A DNA stretch of 64,000 nucleotides from an uncultured Alphaproteobacteria bacterium (GCA_943787225.1 CALSLP010000003.1:140797-204796), one strand, 5' to 3'. Counted from the stretch's first letter, positions 44,260-56,233 are shown. Numbers and translations: made by a program. The notes: a model not told the origin generated them from the sequence alone.

Positions 44260-45329
44260 TCAGGCCGCTACGTGTTCCAATTTATATGACGACGGACAGC
44301 GCTTAATCGCAGCGGCTCCCGCAGCGACACGCAAGGTATATAGGAGTGCGAGCGTCATCACATCGGCGGTGAACACGCTTTTCAAATAGAAAGAATAGGC
44401 ATTTGTGATAACGAAATAGGCTGCGAGAACCCAGCTAAAAACACCAGGCAACAGAATTAGGCTCAAACAAAAGGCGATAATAGGTAGACCAATCGCTCCC
44501 AGGACGCCAACCGGAATGGACAACGCACCAGAGGCAAGCGGGCGGTTACGTTTCGTCGGATGACGTCTATCCGCCTCCTGATCCAGCAGATCATTCAGGA
44601 AATAAGCACCAGAGGCGCATAGACAAAATGAGACGAATGCCAATAGGACCGTCATCACGTTAGAGATTTCCGCGTAGGCGTGAGAAGTCAGTAGAGGCAC
44701 AAAGATAAGGATGTTCTTGGCATACTGATGCGGTCGCATCTCTTCCACAAAAGCCCGCAACGTAGACCTTTCAGAAACAATCACCAATTCGTCCTTCTCT
44801 GTATTTCGAGCGTAATTGAGATCATGACGTGGTGCATTGACCAGAATATTCGCCGCCGCCTGTTCCCATATAGGCACGATCGGCCGAACTATCGCCGGCA
44901 TAGGCGAATGGAGCATTCCCTGACATACGCCCGTATAGCCGCCAGTTTCTGCGGGCCCTTCAGATTGATTCCCGGCATCCGTTGCGAGGACATCATCGAA
45001 GATGCCCAAATAAGCGGCAACTTTTCTCTGCATATAAACGGTGTGACGCGGTCGCCAGGACAAGGCGCTTGCCAGCGAGTCCTTCTGAGCCTTCAGATAA
45101 TCCACAAGTGAAGGCTCATACGGCAGAGTTGAGCGGCCTCAATTTCAATTAGACCGGCAACACGCTGCTTGGCAAAAGCCTTCCCTTTCAACAACCAGAA
45201 CACGACCCGGAAGATATTTATGGGGTTTTGTTTCACCAATCGTAATACGGCTTCGAAAAACAGATCCGTACGGACCAGGGTCCCGTCGAGGTCCACGAAT
45301 ATGTGTTCGATTTTGTCGTTCAATTGCAA
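44260..45329 (-). pseudogene. HAD-like phosphatase fused to a UbiA-family prenyltransferase; frameshift near 45100 and 3′ truncation at the IS3 boundary
   Basis: HAD motif I (FVDLDGTL) in ORF 45093..45329. UbiA first Asp-rich motif (NDLLDQEADRRH) in ORF 44260..45105. Only about 105 aa follow the motif, where about 200 are expected. The stop codon sits 2 bp from the IS right end. Confidence 0.6.
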
Positions 45330-45667
45330 ACATCCTCTCTACGGACGGGACCCAAATCGAAGCCAAAAAAATCAGCATCGTACAGAGGCATCGTTCATTT
45401 TATCCAAGGTACACAATCCTGCACAACACACGCTATGGCGGTTCTTCATAGCATTACGGCGATCAATCTGTCCAAGCAAGCAAAGCGACAAGACATACCA
45501 GCGGAAGAAAGTGAAACCAACCACTTGGACTTTTACTTCAACGTTATGCGACCCCCATGAGTTTGTTAAACAATCTCAGAAATGCTAAAAAGCGAATGCA
45601 CCAAAATCAGGTAGTCATTCATAAAATTTGAATGACTTTTCGATTATGAAAAAACAGGGAACAAAAA

Positions 45668-46138
45668 ATGGCGGAACTTGCCGTTGGGTCACAGGCACCT
45701 AATTTTACTTGCAAAACAGATGGCGACGCGACTACTTCGCTAAAGGACTTCAAGGGCAAAAAGATCGTCCTGTATTTTTATCCCAAAGACATGACACCCG
45801 GTTGTACGACCGAAGCCTGTGAGTTCCGCGACACGCATCCCGACTTTTCCAAAATCAATACGCTGAGATTATCGGCGTCTCCAAAGACAGCGTTAAACGA
45901 CACGATAAATTCAAGGAAAAGTACGAGTTGCCTTTTACCCTTGCCGCTGATGAAGACGGCAAAATGTGCGAAGCCTATGGTGTCTGGCAGGAGAAAAAGA
46001 ACTACGGCAAGACTCTATATGGGGATCGTGCGTTCAACCTTTCTGATAGATGAGAAAGGCAAAATCGCTGCGGTATGGCGTAACCTGCGAGTCAAAGGTC
46101 ATGTCGAAAAAGTTCTCGAAGAGGCACAAAAGCTCTGA
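45668..46138 (+). CDS. bcp: peroxiredoxin Bcp (thiol peroxidase) with two apparent frameshifts (near 45850 and 46018)
   Basis: Peroxidatic-Cys motif ([13 protein letters not shown]). The central part ([42 protein letters not shown]) is in the alternate frame. The second shift sits in a G4 run. Confidence 0.7.
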   Translation: MAELAVGSQAPNFTCKTDGDATTSLKDFKGKKIVLYFYPKDMTPGCTTEACEFRDTHPDFSKINTLRLSASPKTALNDTINSRKSTSCLLPLPLMKTAKCAKPMVSGRRKRTTARLYMGIVRSTFLIDEKGKIAAVWRNLRVKGHVEKVLEEAQKL

Positions 46139-46159
46139 CGGAAACGAATTCCCTTGAAC

Positions 46160-46950
46160 TTGATTGTTCATCCCTGTCCGCTGCAGCGGTCTCGGTACTT
46201 GACCTGTGCTAGATGCCGACGACAAAGCCGCTCTTGCCCAGCAGTTAGCCGGGGCATGGCATGAAGGTGCATCTCAAGCATCGGGCGCACACCTGCGCCA
46301 GATCGTCCGGCGCGTCCTGCTAAACCTGCGTTGATGGCGCCCCGCGATATGCCAAAACGCGGTAAGGCCGGCAGCCCAACCGGTCGTATCGCCCTTCTTC
46401 ATGCCCTCGCCCATATTGAATTGAATGCTGTCGACCTCGCCTGCGATATCATTGCAAGGTTTTCGACGCTCGACCTGCCCCGTAATTACTACGATGACTG
46501 GGTAAAGGTCGCCTCCGAAGAAGGTCTGCATTTCTCGCTACTATCCAAACGCCTTCGCGATCTCGACAGTTTTTATGGGGAGCTGCCCGGGCATGATGGT
46601 CTGTGGGAAGCTTCTCAAGAAACCGCTCATGATTTGCTCGCACGATTGGCAATTGTCCCCCTCGTCCTGGAAGCCCGCGGCTGGATGTTACACCCACGAT
46701 GATAAAGAACCTGCGCAAAGCCGGTGATATCCCGAGCACCGAAATCCTCGAACGAATTTACAGTGATGAGATTGGTCATGTTGCCATTGGCCATCGATGG
46801 TTCCTGCATATTTGCAATGAACGCGGCGTTCCACCGGAAACAACCTGGCAGGGGTTGGTCAGAAAACATTTCAAAGGCGCGCTAAAACCACCCTTTAACG
46901 ACGAAGCGCGTCAATTGGCCGGGGTTCCCTTGTCCTATTACACCCTCTGA
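46160..46950 (+). pseudogene. DUF455 (ferritin-like) family protein fragmented by at least three frameshifts
   Basis: Collinear segments in three frames (VLDADDKAALAQQLAGAWHEG; RIALLHALAHIELNAVDLACD; SDEIGHVAIGHRWF) rebuild a DUF455-like protein. Confidence 0.5.
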
Positions 46951-47005
46951 ACCCCAATAGGGTCATCACTTTACTTAGCAACATCAAGTTCAGTTATACT
47001 GAGTT

Positions 47006-47950
47006 ATGTCTCGCCCGCTCAGAATCGAATATCCCGGCGCTGTTTACCATGTAACGGCGCGCGCCAATGGTCGGCAGCAGCTTTTCACCCATATCGATGA
47101 CGGCAGCTATTTTATTGAATTACTGGCACGGGAAATCGCTCAGCATAAATGGCTGTGCCACGCCTACTGCCTGTTGGAAGATCATTACCATCTGGTCATA
47201 GAGACACCTGAGGCTAATCTCGGACGCGGCATGGGCCGCCTAAACATGGCTTATTCTCAATGGTTTGGCCGAGAACATGACCTGAGGGGCCATCTGTTTC
47301 ACGGTCGATACAAATCGATCATTTTGCAAAAAGAGCGTCATTTGCTGGAGGTCTGTCGTCACGTCGTCCTGAACCCGGTTCGTGTGCAGGCGGTAAATCG
47401 CGCCGACCACTGGAAATGGTCCAGCTACCGCCCCCTCGCCTTTGAAGAACCCGAGCCGGAATGGCTCCATCGAGATTGGCTTTTACAACACCTCGCCTCA
47501 GACAACAGCGATCGCTCGGCTGCCTGGCGAGATTATGTCGAAGAAGGAATGAACATCCCTTCACCCTGGGAGAAATTACGAGCCGGGCATTATCTTGGCG
47601 ATGAAGCCTTCCTCAGAGATATAACCGACCGCATTCGCCATTTGCCGTTAGACCAGGTTCCAGCAAAAATCACTAACCCGGCGAGACCCACAGCGGAAAA
47701 AGTTCTGCAAACCGTGGCAGCAGTATCGGGTACATCTCAAGATCTTTTGCTTGATCGAAAAGCCGCCGCAGATGCCTTTCAGGCCACCGTCTATCTGCTG
47801 CGGCGGGCAAGTAACCTTCCCTTGCGTGAGGTCGCTGAGCTTGCTGACGTCTCACAGGGGCGGATATCCCAGATACAGCGAAAGATTGAAGACAATGGCG
47901 GAATCAGCGCGTCATTCCCCTGGGGAAATGAGCTAACAAGTCTTTTGTAA
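47006..47950 (+). CDS. IS200-like Y1 (HUH) transposase domain fused to a DnaA C-terminal-type HTH domain
   Basis: HuH motif (HYHLVIE) and a catalytic Tyr region (HLFHGRYKS) in the N-terminal half. The C-terminal region resembles the DnaA domain IV HTH. Confidence 0.6.
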   Translation: MSRPLRIEYPGAVYHVTARANGRQQLFTHIDDGSYFIELLAREIAQHKWLCHAYCLLEDHYHLVIETPEANLGRGMGRLNMAYSQWFGREHDLRGHLFHGRYKSIILQKERHLLEVCRHVVLNPVRVQAVNRADHWKWSSYRPLAFEEPEPEWLHRDWLLQHLASDNSDRSAAWRDYVEEGMNIPSPWEKLRAGHYLGDEAFLRDITDRIRHLPLDQVPAKITNPARPTAEKVLQTVAAVSGTSQDLLLDRKAAADAFQATVYLLRRASNLPLREVAELADVSQGRISQIQRKIEDNGGISASFPWGNELTSLL

Positions 47951-47952
47951 GC

Positions 47953-48270
47953 TCAATGCGCTTTATTCGCGCCCATGCAGTCAGGTGAGTCTAAAACGAC
48001 ACCAGCACGTTTTTGCCATTCTTCACCGGTATGCGCCTGAATGGACAGCGCGTGAACGGGACCGGCAATTTCATCGGCCAGGATCCCGTTAATCAGCTGA
48101 TGGCGTGCAACACGGCTTTGCCCACCAAAACTCTCAGACACGACGATCACTTTAAAATGGGTCTCAGAATTTACCGGCACACTATGCATGTGGCTTTCAT
48201 TCAGCACCTGGCAGTATGACGGCTGCAATTGGCCATGGAGTTTCTCTTCGATCGATTTTTGTACAATCAT
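47953..48270 (-). CDS. BolA family protein
   Basis: About 105 aa with a BolA-type fold signature ([24 protein letters not shown]). Confidence 0.7.
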   Translation of the reverse strand: MIVQKSIEEKLHGQLQPSYCQVLNESHMHSVPVNSETHFKVIVVSESFGGQSRVARHQLINGILADEIAGPVHALSIQAHTGEEWQKRAGVVLDSPDCMGANKAH

Positions 48271-49398
48271 TCCGTTGCCTCTGCTTCCTCGTCGGCGTTG
48301 ACCCCAACCCGCTGAGCCAATGACGCCGCCATAAACTCATCAAGATCGCCATCCAACACTCCCTGAGTGTTGCTGGTTTCAATCTCAGTCCGTAAATCCT
48401 TCACCATCTGATAAGGCTGCAAGACGTAAGACCGTATCTGATGCCCCCAGCCGATGTCCGTTTTGGCTTCATGTTCAGCCTGCGCTTGGTCTTCACGAAT
48501 CTGCAGTTCACGCTCATACAGGCGGGCCCGAAGCATATCCATCGCGGCGGCGCGATTGCGGTGTTGCGAGCGATCATTCTGGCACTGTACAACAATACCG
48601 GTTGGAAGATGGGTAATACGGATGGCGCTGTCGGTTTTGTTCACATGCTGGCCACCAGCACCCGACGCACGATAGGTATCAACCCGCAAATCCTTATCCT
48701 CGACGTCGACTTCAATCGAATCATCTATGACAGGATATACCCAGGCACTTGAAAAACTGGTGTGACGCCGCGCGGCGGAATCATAGGGCGAAATCCGAAC
48801 CAATCGATGGACACCACTCTCGGTCTTCAACCAGCCATAGGCGTTATGGCCTGAAATCTTGATTGTCGCCGATTTAATACCGGCCTCCTCGCCGGCACTC
48901 TCTTCCAGCCATTCAACCTTGTAGCCATGGGCATCTGCCCAGCGCACATACATCCGGGTAAGCATCTGCGCCCAATCCTGCGACTCTGTGCCGCCAGCCC
49001 CGGCATGGACTTCGAGGAAGCAATCATTGCTATCGGCCTCACCGGACAGGAGTGTCTCGAGCTCACGCTTGGCAGCACGTACACGCAATGGCTCCAGCGT
49101 AGCGTCTACTTCATCCAGGACGCTGTCATCACCCTCGGCTTCACCAAGCTCGATGAGTGTCATGCTGTCTTCGAGCTCCTGCTCGATTGCCGTCACTTCT
49201 TCAATTGATTGTTCGAGCTGCGTGCGCTCTCGCATGATGCCTTGCGCTTTAGCTTGGTCCGACCAAAGTTCGGGATCTTCAGCGATAGCATTAAGCTCAT
49301 CAAGACGTCTTAGGGCATTATCCCAGTCAAAGATGCCTCCTTAGCAGCACAACCGACTGCTGGATTTCATCAATTAGTGTCTGGGTTTCTGCACGCAT
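48267..49398 (-). CDS. prfB: peptide chain release factor 2, with the programmed +1 frameshift site
   Basis: ORF0 is [23 protein letters not shown], followed by CTT TGA C (plus strand 49326..49332) with an AGGAGG SD-like element 3 nt upstream. The downstream frame carries the GGQ and SPF-containing RF2 body. Confidence 0.9.
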
Positions 49399-49457
49399 AA
49401 ACTTCCTACCCTGTAAAATTAAATCTTAATCGGCACGCAAGCCCGTGGCGCTGCAAG

Positions 49458-51950
49458 CTAGTATAAACCTCTGACATCGCCAACCGGTGGTGTCGAAGTT
49501 TTTGGCCTGGTTGGCAAGCCTGGTACACTTGGCGACGTCACCGTGGTCGTCCCGACAACGGAAGGCTCCCGGTAAACTGTTTCGGCTTTAGGCTCCGTTC
49601 CTGCTTTAAAGGCCTCGAAAATGACATTTCGTTCCCCCGCTCGGGCAAGTTTTCCCGTAGTCGCATTGACGCGCACCAGACGGACACCTTTGGGGATACG
49701 GAAGGGCACTGGCGGCAGGTCCTTCAACGCGGCAGCCATAAAATCTCGAAAGATCGGGACCGCAACTGACGACCCCGTTTCGCGCCGCCCTAAGGAACGC
49801 GGTTTATCAAACCCCGCAAAGACGCCAACGGCCAGATCCGGAGAAAACCCGATAAACCAGGTATCAAAGCTTTGATTAGTGGTGCCGGTTTTACCGCCAA
49901 GTGGCTTGCCTACTGCCTTGATCCGCCGTCCAGTACCGCGTTCGACAACACCTTCAAGCATCGAAACTACTTGATAGGCGCTCACAGCGTCGGCGATCGT
50001 TTCGCGGTTATCCGGAATCACAGGCACTGGTTGGCCGTCCCACTCAAGGTTACTACAGGAGGAACACAAGCGGCGTTCATGACGGAACACTGTCCGTCCA
50101 TGACGGCCTTGAATGCGGTCAATCAACGTCGGGGTGATACGCTTGCCGCCATTCACCAACATCGCGTATGCCGTCGTCAAATTGAGCAACGTCGACTCAA
50201 CCGCGCCCAACGACGAAGACAAAAGCTCTGGCATGTTCTGAACAATACCAAACTTTTCGCCATAATCCGAAATCTTGTCCATCCCGATAACCTGGGCCAA
50301 CCGCACGGTCATTAGGTTGCGTGATTTCTCAACACCGAGACGAAGCGGGCTCGGCCCGTAAAATTTCTTGGTATAGTTGGCAGGCTTCCACAGACCGATC
50401 CCCGGCCCCTGATCGATAACGAAAGGCGCGTCCAAGACGATACTCGACGGCGTATAGCCATTATCCATTGCCGCCAAATAAACGAAGGGCTTGAAAGCTG
50501 AACCTGACTGACGCTTTGCCTGCGTCGCCCGATTATACTCGCTCCTGCCATAAGCAAATCCGCCGCTCATCGCCAGCACCCTGCCGGTATGCGGATTCAT
50601 CGCAACGACAGCACCATCAATGTTGGGTATTTGCCGCAGAACAAACGCTCCCTTTGCTGGCTTCTTGCCTTTCGCGTCAGGTGAAAGCTTCTCAACCAAC
50701 ACCACGTCCAAAACCTTTAAGACCTCACCCGGCACCTTAATGCCCGGCCCGCGTTTCTGGTCCTTGAGCCACGCCCTGCCCCATTTTAGTTGAGCAAGGG
50801 GGATATGGCCCCGTGCCCCATCGGCAAACCCGATATCAGCTTTTACTGCATCAAGAGCAAGCACGACCGCCTTGCGCCATGCCGGACGGGCGTCAGCAAG
50901 CCCTTCTGGAAAGGGGACTTTATCCAACTTCTTTCGCCAATCACCTGCCGAGTCCAGTCTAGCCACCGGGCCGCGCCAACCGTGACGCCGGTCATAGGCA
51001 ATCAAGCCCTCCCGCAAGGACGTTTCGGCGATCTTTTGCAACCGGGGATCAAGAGTCGTACGAACAGAAAGACCGCCGCCATAAAGTCGTTTGTCACCGT
51101 AGCGATCCGTCAGCTCGCGGCGGACTTCTTCAACAAAATAATCCGCCTGAGCAACGGCAGCACCGCTACGCTTTCGGACGATAAGCGGCGCTTCCTTTGC
51201 CGCTTCAGCAGCATCTGGCGTAATATAGCCATCAGAGAGCATACGCCCGACAACGTAATTTCGCCTTATTTTAGCGGCATCTGATTTCCGTGTTGGATGA
51301 TAATTATTCGGTGCTTTTGGCAGACCGGCGATATACGCAATTTCCGGCAGAGTGAGCTCATCGAGCGAGCGGTCAAAATAATTCAAGGCTGCAGCCGCTA
51401 AACCGTATGAGCCAATCCCAAGATAAATTTCGTTTAGATAAAGTTCGAGGATTCTATCTTTCGATAACGCACGCTCAATTCTAAAAGCGAGGATCGCCTC
51501 CTTAACCTTGCGGTCAATAGAAACTTCATTCGTCAGAAGGAAATTCTTTGCAACCTGCTGCGTAATCGTTGACGCCCCTACGAGCCGCTGACCGCTCCCC
51601 ATGCGCCTTAAATTGGTGATAATCGCGCGCGCGACACCAAAAAAATCCACACCAGCATGTTCATAAAATTTCTTGTCTTCTGCAGAGAGGAAAGCCTTCA
51701 CCACCATCTTCGGAATGGAACCGATCGGTACAAACACACGCTTCTCTCTGGCAAACTCGGCCAGAAGGCTTCCATCACCGGCATGAATCCGGGTGACAGT
51801 CGGCGGCTCATAGCTGGCAAGCTGTTTGTAATCGGGCAACCCTTGGCCATAATGCCAGAACACGCCAACAATGACGGCGACGCCAAGCACGCCCATAACG
51901 AGCGTGAGCGCGCCGAGTGCCGCTAAAATTTTAAAGAGCTTCTTCATCAA
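49458..51950 (-). CDS. mrcA: penicillin-binding protein 1A (bifunctional transglycosylase/transpeptidase)
   Basis: GT51 motifs (EDKKFYEHAGVD, RKVKE) plus a transpeptidase SxxK (SAFKPF) and a KTGT motif. Confidence 0.9.
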   Translation of the reverse strand: MMKKLFKILAALGALTLVMGVLGVAVIVGVFWHYGQGLPDYKQLASYEPPTVTRIHAGDGSLLAEFAREKRVFVPIGSIPKMVVKAFLSAEDKKFYEHAGVDFFGVARAIITNLRRMGSGQRLVGASTITQQVAKNFLLTNEVSIDRKVKEAILAFRIERALSKDRILELYLNEIYLGIGSYGLAAAALNYFDRSLDELTLPEIAYIAGLPKAPNNYHPTRKSDAAKIRRNYVVGRMLSDGYITPDAAEAAKEAPLIVRKRSGAAVAQADYFVEEVRRELTDRYGDKRLYGGGLSVRTTLDPRLQKIAETSLREGLIAYDRRHGWRGPVARLDSAGDWRKKLDKVPFPEGLADARPAWRKAVVLALDAVKADIGFADGARGHIPLAQLKWGRAWLKDQKRGPGIKVPGEVLKVLDVVLVEKLSPDAKGKKPAKGAFVLRQIPNIDGAVVAMNPHTGRVLAMSGGFAYGRSEYNRATQAKRQSGSAFKPFVYLAAMDNGYTPSSIVLDAPFVIDQGPGIGLWKPANYTKKFYGPSPLRLGVEKSRNLMTVRLAQVIGMDKISDYGEKFGIVQNMPELLSSSLGAVESTLLNLTTAYAMLVNGGKRITPTLIDRIQGRHGRTVFRHERRLCSSCSNLEWDGQPVPVIPDNRETIADAVSAYQVVSMLEGVVERGTGRRIKAVGKPLGGKTGTTNQSFDTWFIGFSPDLAVGVFAGFDKPRSLGRRETGSSVAVPIFRDFMAAALKDLPPVPFRIPKGVRLVRVNATTGKLARAGERNVIFEAFKAGTEPKAETVYREPSVVGTTTVTSPSVPGLPTRPKTSTPPVGDVRGLY

Positions 51951-52017
51951 CCAACTCTATCGCACGACCCAACTCTGGCTCCTGACCAACATAGTACACT
52001 ATCAGATATTGGCCATT

Positions 52018-53304
52018 TTATGGCTGTCTTAAAGCCTGTTGGCGAGAAAAATAACTATCAATCGCCCGAACAATTGCACCGGCAATTTTACGTCGATGAG
52101 AGGTCCGGCGCAGAAGCCGTTCATCCTGCAGGTTAGATAGATATCCCAACTCGATCAAAACAGATGGAATTTCCGGACCTTTGAGAACTGCAAATCCCGC
52201 AAACCGGTGCTTTCGTCGCAACATACGGGTCTTTTTGCTGAGTTGGCTCACCAATGTCTTTGCAAAAGCCACAGAATCATTTTTGGTAAGCCGTTGCCGC
52301 AGATCGATAAGAATTTTGGCAACGGTCTTGCTCTGATCATTAAGATCAACACCGGCGATGATATCGGATTTATTTTCCCGACGTGCCAATGCTTCTGCTT
52401 CCTTATCCGAAGCCCGTTCCGACAAGGTATAAACTGACCCACCGCGGATATGACGGTTTCCAATTGAATCAGCATGGAGCGATATAAACAAATCGCCGCC
52501 CGCTCGATGAGCAATCGCAATGCGTTCGCGCAACCTAACAAAAATATCCCGTGATCGGGTCATCACCACGCGATAACGGCCCGTGGCCAGCAATTGACGC
52601 CGCAATTCCTTAGCCTGATTGAGAACCAGGCTCTTTTCTAAAGTCCCCCTTTTCCCGCGAGCCCCAGGATCGACCCCGCCATGCCCGGGATCGAGAACGA
52701 TTAGCGGTCGAAGCGCTTTGCGGCGCTTTTTGGGTTTCTTTATTGGGGGAGGCGGTGCCCGAACGACAGGAGACTCATTCGGTCTGGAGGAACGCGTTAC
52801 CGGCCGACGTTTTTGCAGCACCGAAAACATGGCAGGCGATATTTCGGTAATATCGAGAACAAGCCGGTGTCCCCGTTTACTGTTTGCCGGAAGAGTAAAT
52901 GAGTTTGTGACTTTAATTGGTGACTTGAAATCGATAACCACACGGGACTGGCCGGGCCGAAAAAGCCCAAAACGGTATCCCGTAATTCGTTTGCCCCGTG
53001 GAACCGCATCCGGCTTTATGCGCCATGCTACTTCTGGGAGTTCGACAACAACCCGATAGGGCGAACCGAGCGTAAAAACATTGAATTTAATCGGCTTGTC
53101 AAACTCTATCACAAATCGAGTTTTTTCGGGATAATCGCCAATCCGCACGGAGTCGACAACCGGCATCGCCGATGCGCCAGAGGCAATTGCGCAGAACAAC
53201 GCCACAACCCAGATGAACTGAGCGAATGTTTTGCGTGAACCAGGTATGTTGTGGCTTCTTGCCATAGCGCCGCCAGATATAGGGTTATTTGGGCGAAACA
53301 TCAA
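52018..53304 (-). CDS. N-acetylmuramoyl-L-alanine amidase (AmiC-like: AMIN domain plus Amidase_3)
   Basis: Signal peptide, an N-terminal AMIN-like beta domain, and a C-terminal Amidase_3 domain (LDPGHGGVDPGA...SLHAD). Confidence 0.8.
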   Translation of the reverse strand: MMFRPNNPISGGAMARSHNIPGSRKTFAQFIWVVALFCAIASGASAMPVVDSVRIGDYPEKTRFVIEFDKPIKFNVFTLGSPYRVVVELPEVAWRIKPDAVPRGKRITGYRFGLFRPGQSRVVIDFKSPIKVTNSFTLPANSKRGHRLVLDITEISPAMFSVLQKRRPVTRSSRPNESPVVRAPPPPIKKPKKRRKALRPLIVLDPGHGGVDPGARGKRGTLEKSLVLNQAKELRRQLLATGRYRVVMTRSRDIFVRLRERIAIAHRAGGDLFISLHADSIGNRHIRGGSVYTLSERASDKEAEALARRENKSDIIAGVDLNDQSKTVAKILIDLRQRLTKNDSVAFAKTLVSQLSKKTRMLRRKHRFAGFAVLKGPEIPSVLIELGYLSNLQDERLLRRTSHRRKIAGAIVRAIDSYFSRQQALRQP

Positions 53305-53710
53305 TCAATATACGATACCATGGCCCGTAGAATGCGGAGATCAATCTCGAGTGATCGTGAAAATAATATACTGATTGTAGTATTTGATTGGGGCGCGTAT
53401 CCTGTTAGCGTTGCGAACGGCCGCGAACATCTGACCTGCCAAACAAAGGCATGGTTAGGAGCGCGACAATCGGGCGAGACGGCAAAACCCGTTACGACCT
53501 GTGAGATTGCGCTTTGAATTCGCGGTTATTTTTGTAGAAACTTGAGGCTCGTCGCGGCTGCATAAGCGCGTCCCCCTTGGAAAGACCGTAACCGGCTTTC
53601 CAATTCAAAGTTGGGTTGACGCAGGCGCCGCCGGCTTTGAATAACAGCGGTCTGATGCCGCCCGATGTTCGCACGGGCTGTCAGCATCGGACCGTGGAGA
53701 TACAGTTTCA
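53305..53710 (+). promoter_or_regulatory. long structured 5′ leader of rne (candidate autoregulatory UTR)
   Basis: About 400 nt non-coding stretch with repeated CCGGCTTT-containing stem-loops immediately upstream of rne. Feedback-regulated rne leaders are established in proteobacteria. Confidence 0.35.
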
Positions 53711-56233
53711 ATGACGAAACGAATGTTAATTGACGGCACCCACCCGGAAGAGGTTCGGGTGGTGATCACGAATGGCAACCGACTAGATGAATACGATGTC
53801 GAAACGTCAACAAAAACCCAGCTCAAAGGCAATATATACCTCGCAAAGGTGACACGGGTTGAACCATCGCTTCAGGCTGCCTTTGTTGATTACGGCGGGA
53901 ACCGACACGGCTTCCTCGCCTTTAGCGAAATTCATCCAGATTATTATCAGATTCCAGTCGAAGATCGCGAAGCGCTGAAACGTGACGTCGCACAGTTTGA
54001 AGCAAACGCGACTGCCGCTCAGGCCCATGTCGACCAAATTGATGGTGACGTCGAGGTCATCGATTCCACAATTAATTTAGAGGACGACACAGCCGAAGTT
54101 AGCGGGACCGACGAAGCTCCCTCTTCAGAGGATGACAACGACGCCGAAATCTCTGGAGAAGAAGAATCCAGCGAGGCGCAGGCCGCAGCCGCCGAAGAAA
54201 AAACGACTGAAGATTCTGCCGAGAACAACGCAGACGACAGTGACCCTGAAGAGAGCATAGCCGCTTCTGAGGAAACCGCCGAAGACAGCACAGCTGATTC
54301 TGAGACTGACTCAGAAGAAGCATCCGACACGGCGGAGACCTCAGCAAAAGAAGATGGCGGCAACGCAAAAAGATCAGAGCGCCGCGACAATCCAATGCGC
54401 CGCTATAAAATCCAGGAAGTTATCAAGCGGCGACAGATATTGCTGGTGCAGGTCGTCAAGGAAGAACGCGGCAATAAGGGCGCTGCGCTAACCACGTATA
54501 TGTCACTCGCCGGACGTTACTGCGTATTAATGCCCAACACGTCACGGAGTGGCGGTGGCGTCTCCCGTAAAATCACCAGTACGGCAGACCGCCGGCGGTT
54601 ACGTGACTTGCTGAAAAACCTGAACGTTTCAGAGGGTATGGGCGTCATCATGCGTACCGCTGGTATGGAACGGAACAAATCCGAGATCAAACGCGATTTC
54701 GACTACCTGACAAAGCTTTGGGAAGATGTTCGTGAACTAACCCTGCAATCGGCAGCACCTGCTTTAGTCTATGAAGAAGGCGACTTGATTAAGCGCGCCA
54801 TTCGCGATCTGTACTCGCGGGAAATCGAAGAAATTTTCGTTGAAGGCAACGATGCCTACACCGCGGCTAAAAAGCTGATGCGGATGATGATGCCGAGTCA
54901 TGCCAAGCGCGTTCAACCCTATCGCGATGAGACGATCCCACTGTTTCACCGATATCAGGTCGAAGCCCAGCTTGAATCGATGCACAGCCCCGTAGTTCAA
55001 CTGAAGTCTGGCGGCTATCTCGTTATTAACCCAACTGAAGCTTTGGTTGCGATTGACGTCAACTCCGGACGCTCGACTCGCGAACGAAATATCGAAGAAA
55101 CCGCCTACAAGACAAACCTTGAAGCCGCCAGCGAAGTCGGGCGCCAACTTCGACTGCGTGATCTCGCCGGTCTCATCGTTATCGACTTTATCGATATGGA
55201 TGTTTCACGCAATCAGCGTGGTGTCGAACGGCGCCTTAAAGAAGCCGTTAAGACCGACCGGGCCCGTATTCAACTCGGACGGATTAGCAATTTCGGTCTA
55301 TTTGAATTATCCCGTCAGCGCATGCGGCCAAGCATCGTCGAAAACAGCACCGAGACATGTATTCATTGCGACGGCACCGGTGTCGTCCGGTCTACTGAAT
55401 CGACCGCCGTCCATGTCCTTCGCTCCGTCGAAGAAGAAGGCATTCGAAACCGCAGCAGCGAAATCACGGTGACGGTCCCGACGCCTATCGCGCTTTATAT
55501 TCTCAATCAAAAGCGAGATTCATTGACCCAAATCGAAGCCCGGTACAGCTTTCGGGTAAATGTGCTGGGTGACGATAGCTTGATCCCACCAGATATGCGG
55601 CTCGAGCGAATAGAAGCGCGCACCACATCAGGAGAGACTGAAGAAGTCATCCGTGATGCTATCGTCATTGAGCCAGCCAGAGACGACGCAGTTGACGATG
55701 CTGACAGCGCACCCAAAGAAAACGCACGGAAGCGTCGCCCAAGACGGCGGCGCAAAACGAGCGATGCCGCCAAACCGAATGGTGAGGACAACGAGGCCAC
55801 CACTGCCGACACCGATCAAGTGCAGAGCGCTGACGCTTCTCCAGCAGAAGGATCTGAAACCGACGGTGACGCTACCGGTGAACAAGCCGCACCACGGCGT
55901 CGCAGACGCGGTAGACGCGGCGGTAGACGCCGCAATCCGCGCACGCCAAATTCTGATGCAGCCGATGAGAATGCCGCGAGCGACCAAACGGCAAACGGTA
56001 ACAAGGGCGACGCCTTGGTCGAGGCTAATGCTAGCAACGCGACGTCGACACAGCCGTCGGCTCCGTCGAGTTCCAGTGAAAGCGAGAACGCTCCCGTTGT
56101 AGCTGCCGCAAAAAGTAAAGCGGAGACCGTAACGGAACCGACAGCAAATAGTTCAAACGGCGCAGCAGAGCCGACCGGAAATTCGGAAGCATCACCACCC
56201 AAGCGCGGCTGGTGGAAACGCATCACGCAGTAG
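53711..56233 (+). CDS. rne: ribonuclease E
   Basis: N-terminal S1/catalytic domain (MLIDGTHPEEVRVV...AFVDYGGNRHGFL) with a DNase I-like region. Acidic and Arg-rich C-terminal scaffold segments. Confidence 0.9.
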   Translation: MTKRMLIDGTHPEEVRVVITNGNRLDEYDVETSTKTQLKGNIYLAKVTRVEPSLQAAFVDYGGNRHGFLAFSEIHPDYYQIPVEDREALKRDVAQFEANATAAQAHVDQIDGDVEVIDSTINLEDDTAEVSGTDEAPSSEDDNDAEISGEEESSEAQAAAAEEKTTEDSAENNADDSDPEESIAASEETAEDSTADSETDSEEASDTAETSAKEDGGNAKRSERRDNPMRRYKIQEVIKRRQILLVQVVKEERGNKGAALTTYMSLAGRYCVLMPNTSRSGGGVSRKITSTADRRRLRDLLKNLNVSEGMGVIMRTAGMERNKSEIKRDFDYLTKLWEDVRELTLQSAAPALVYEEGDLIKRAIRDLYSREIEEIFVEGNDAYTAAKKLMRMMMPSHAKRVQPYRDETIPLFHRYQVEAQLESMHSPVVQLKSGGYLVINPTEALVAIDVNSGRSTRERNIEETAYKTNLEAASEVGRQLRLRDLAGLIVIDFIDMDVSRNQRGVERRLKEAVKTDRARIQLGRISNFGLFELSRQRMRPSIVENSTETCIHCDGTGVVRSTESTAVHVLRSVEEEGIRNRSSEITVTVPTPIALYILNQKRDSLTQIEARYSFRVNVLGDDSLIPPDMRLERIEARTTSGETEEVIRDAIVIEPARDDAVDDADSAPKENARKRRPRRRRKTSDAAKPNGEDNEATTADTDQVQSADASPAEGSETDGDATGEQAAPRRRRRGRRGGRRRNPRTPNSDAADENAASDQTANGNKGDALVEANASNATSTQPSAPSSSSESENAPVVAAAKSKAETVTEPTANSSNGAAEPTGNSEASPPKRGWWKRITQ

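Larger units (their letters stand above)
42829..44260 (+). mobile_element. IS3-family insertion sequence, copy 2 (distinct from copy 1)
   Basis: Terminal inverted repeats GGAGGATTTCTGGTTCATC (left) and GATGAACCAGATCCTCTCT (right). OrfA and orfB are coupled by an ATGA overlap. Confidence 0.75.
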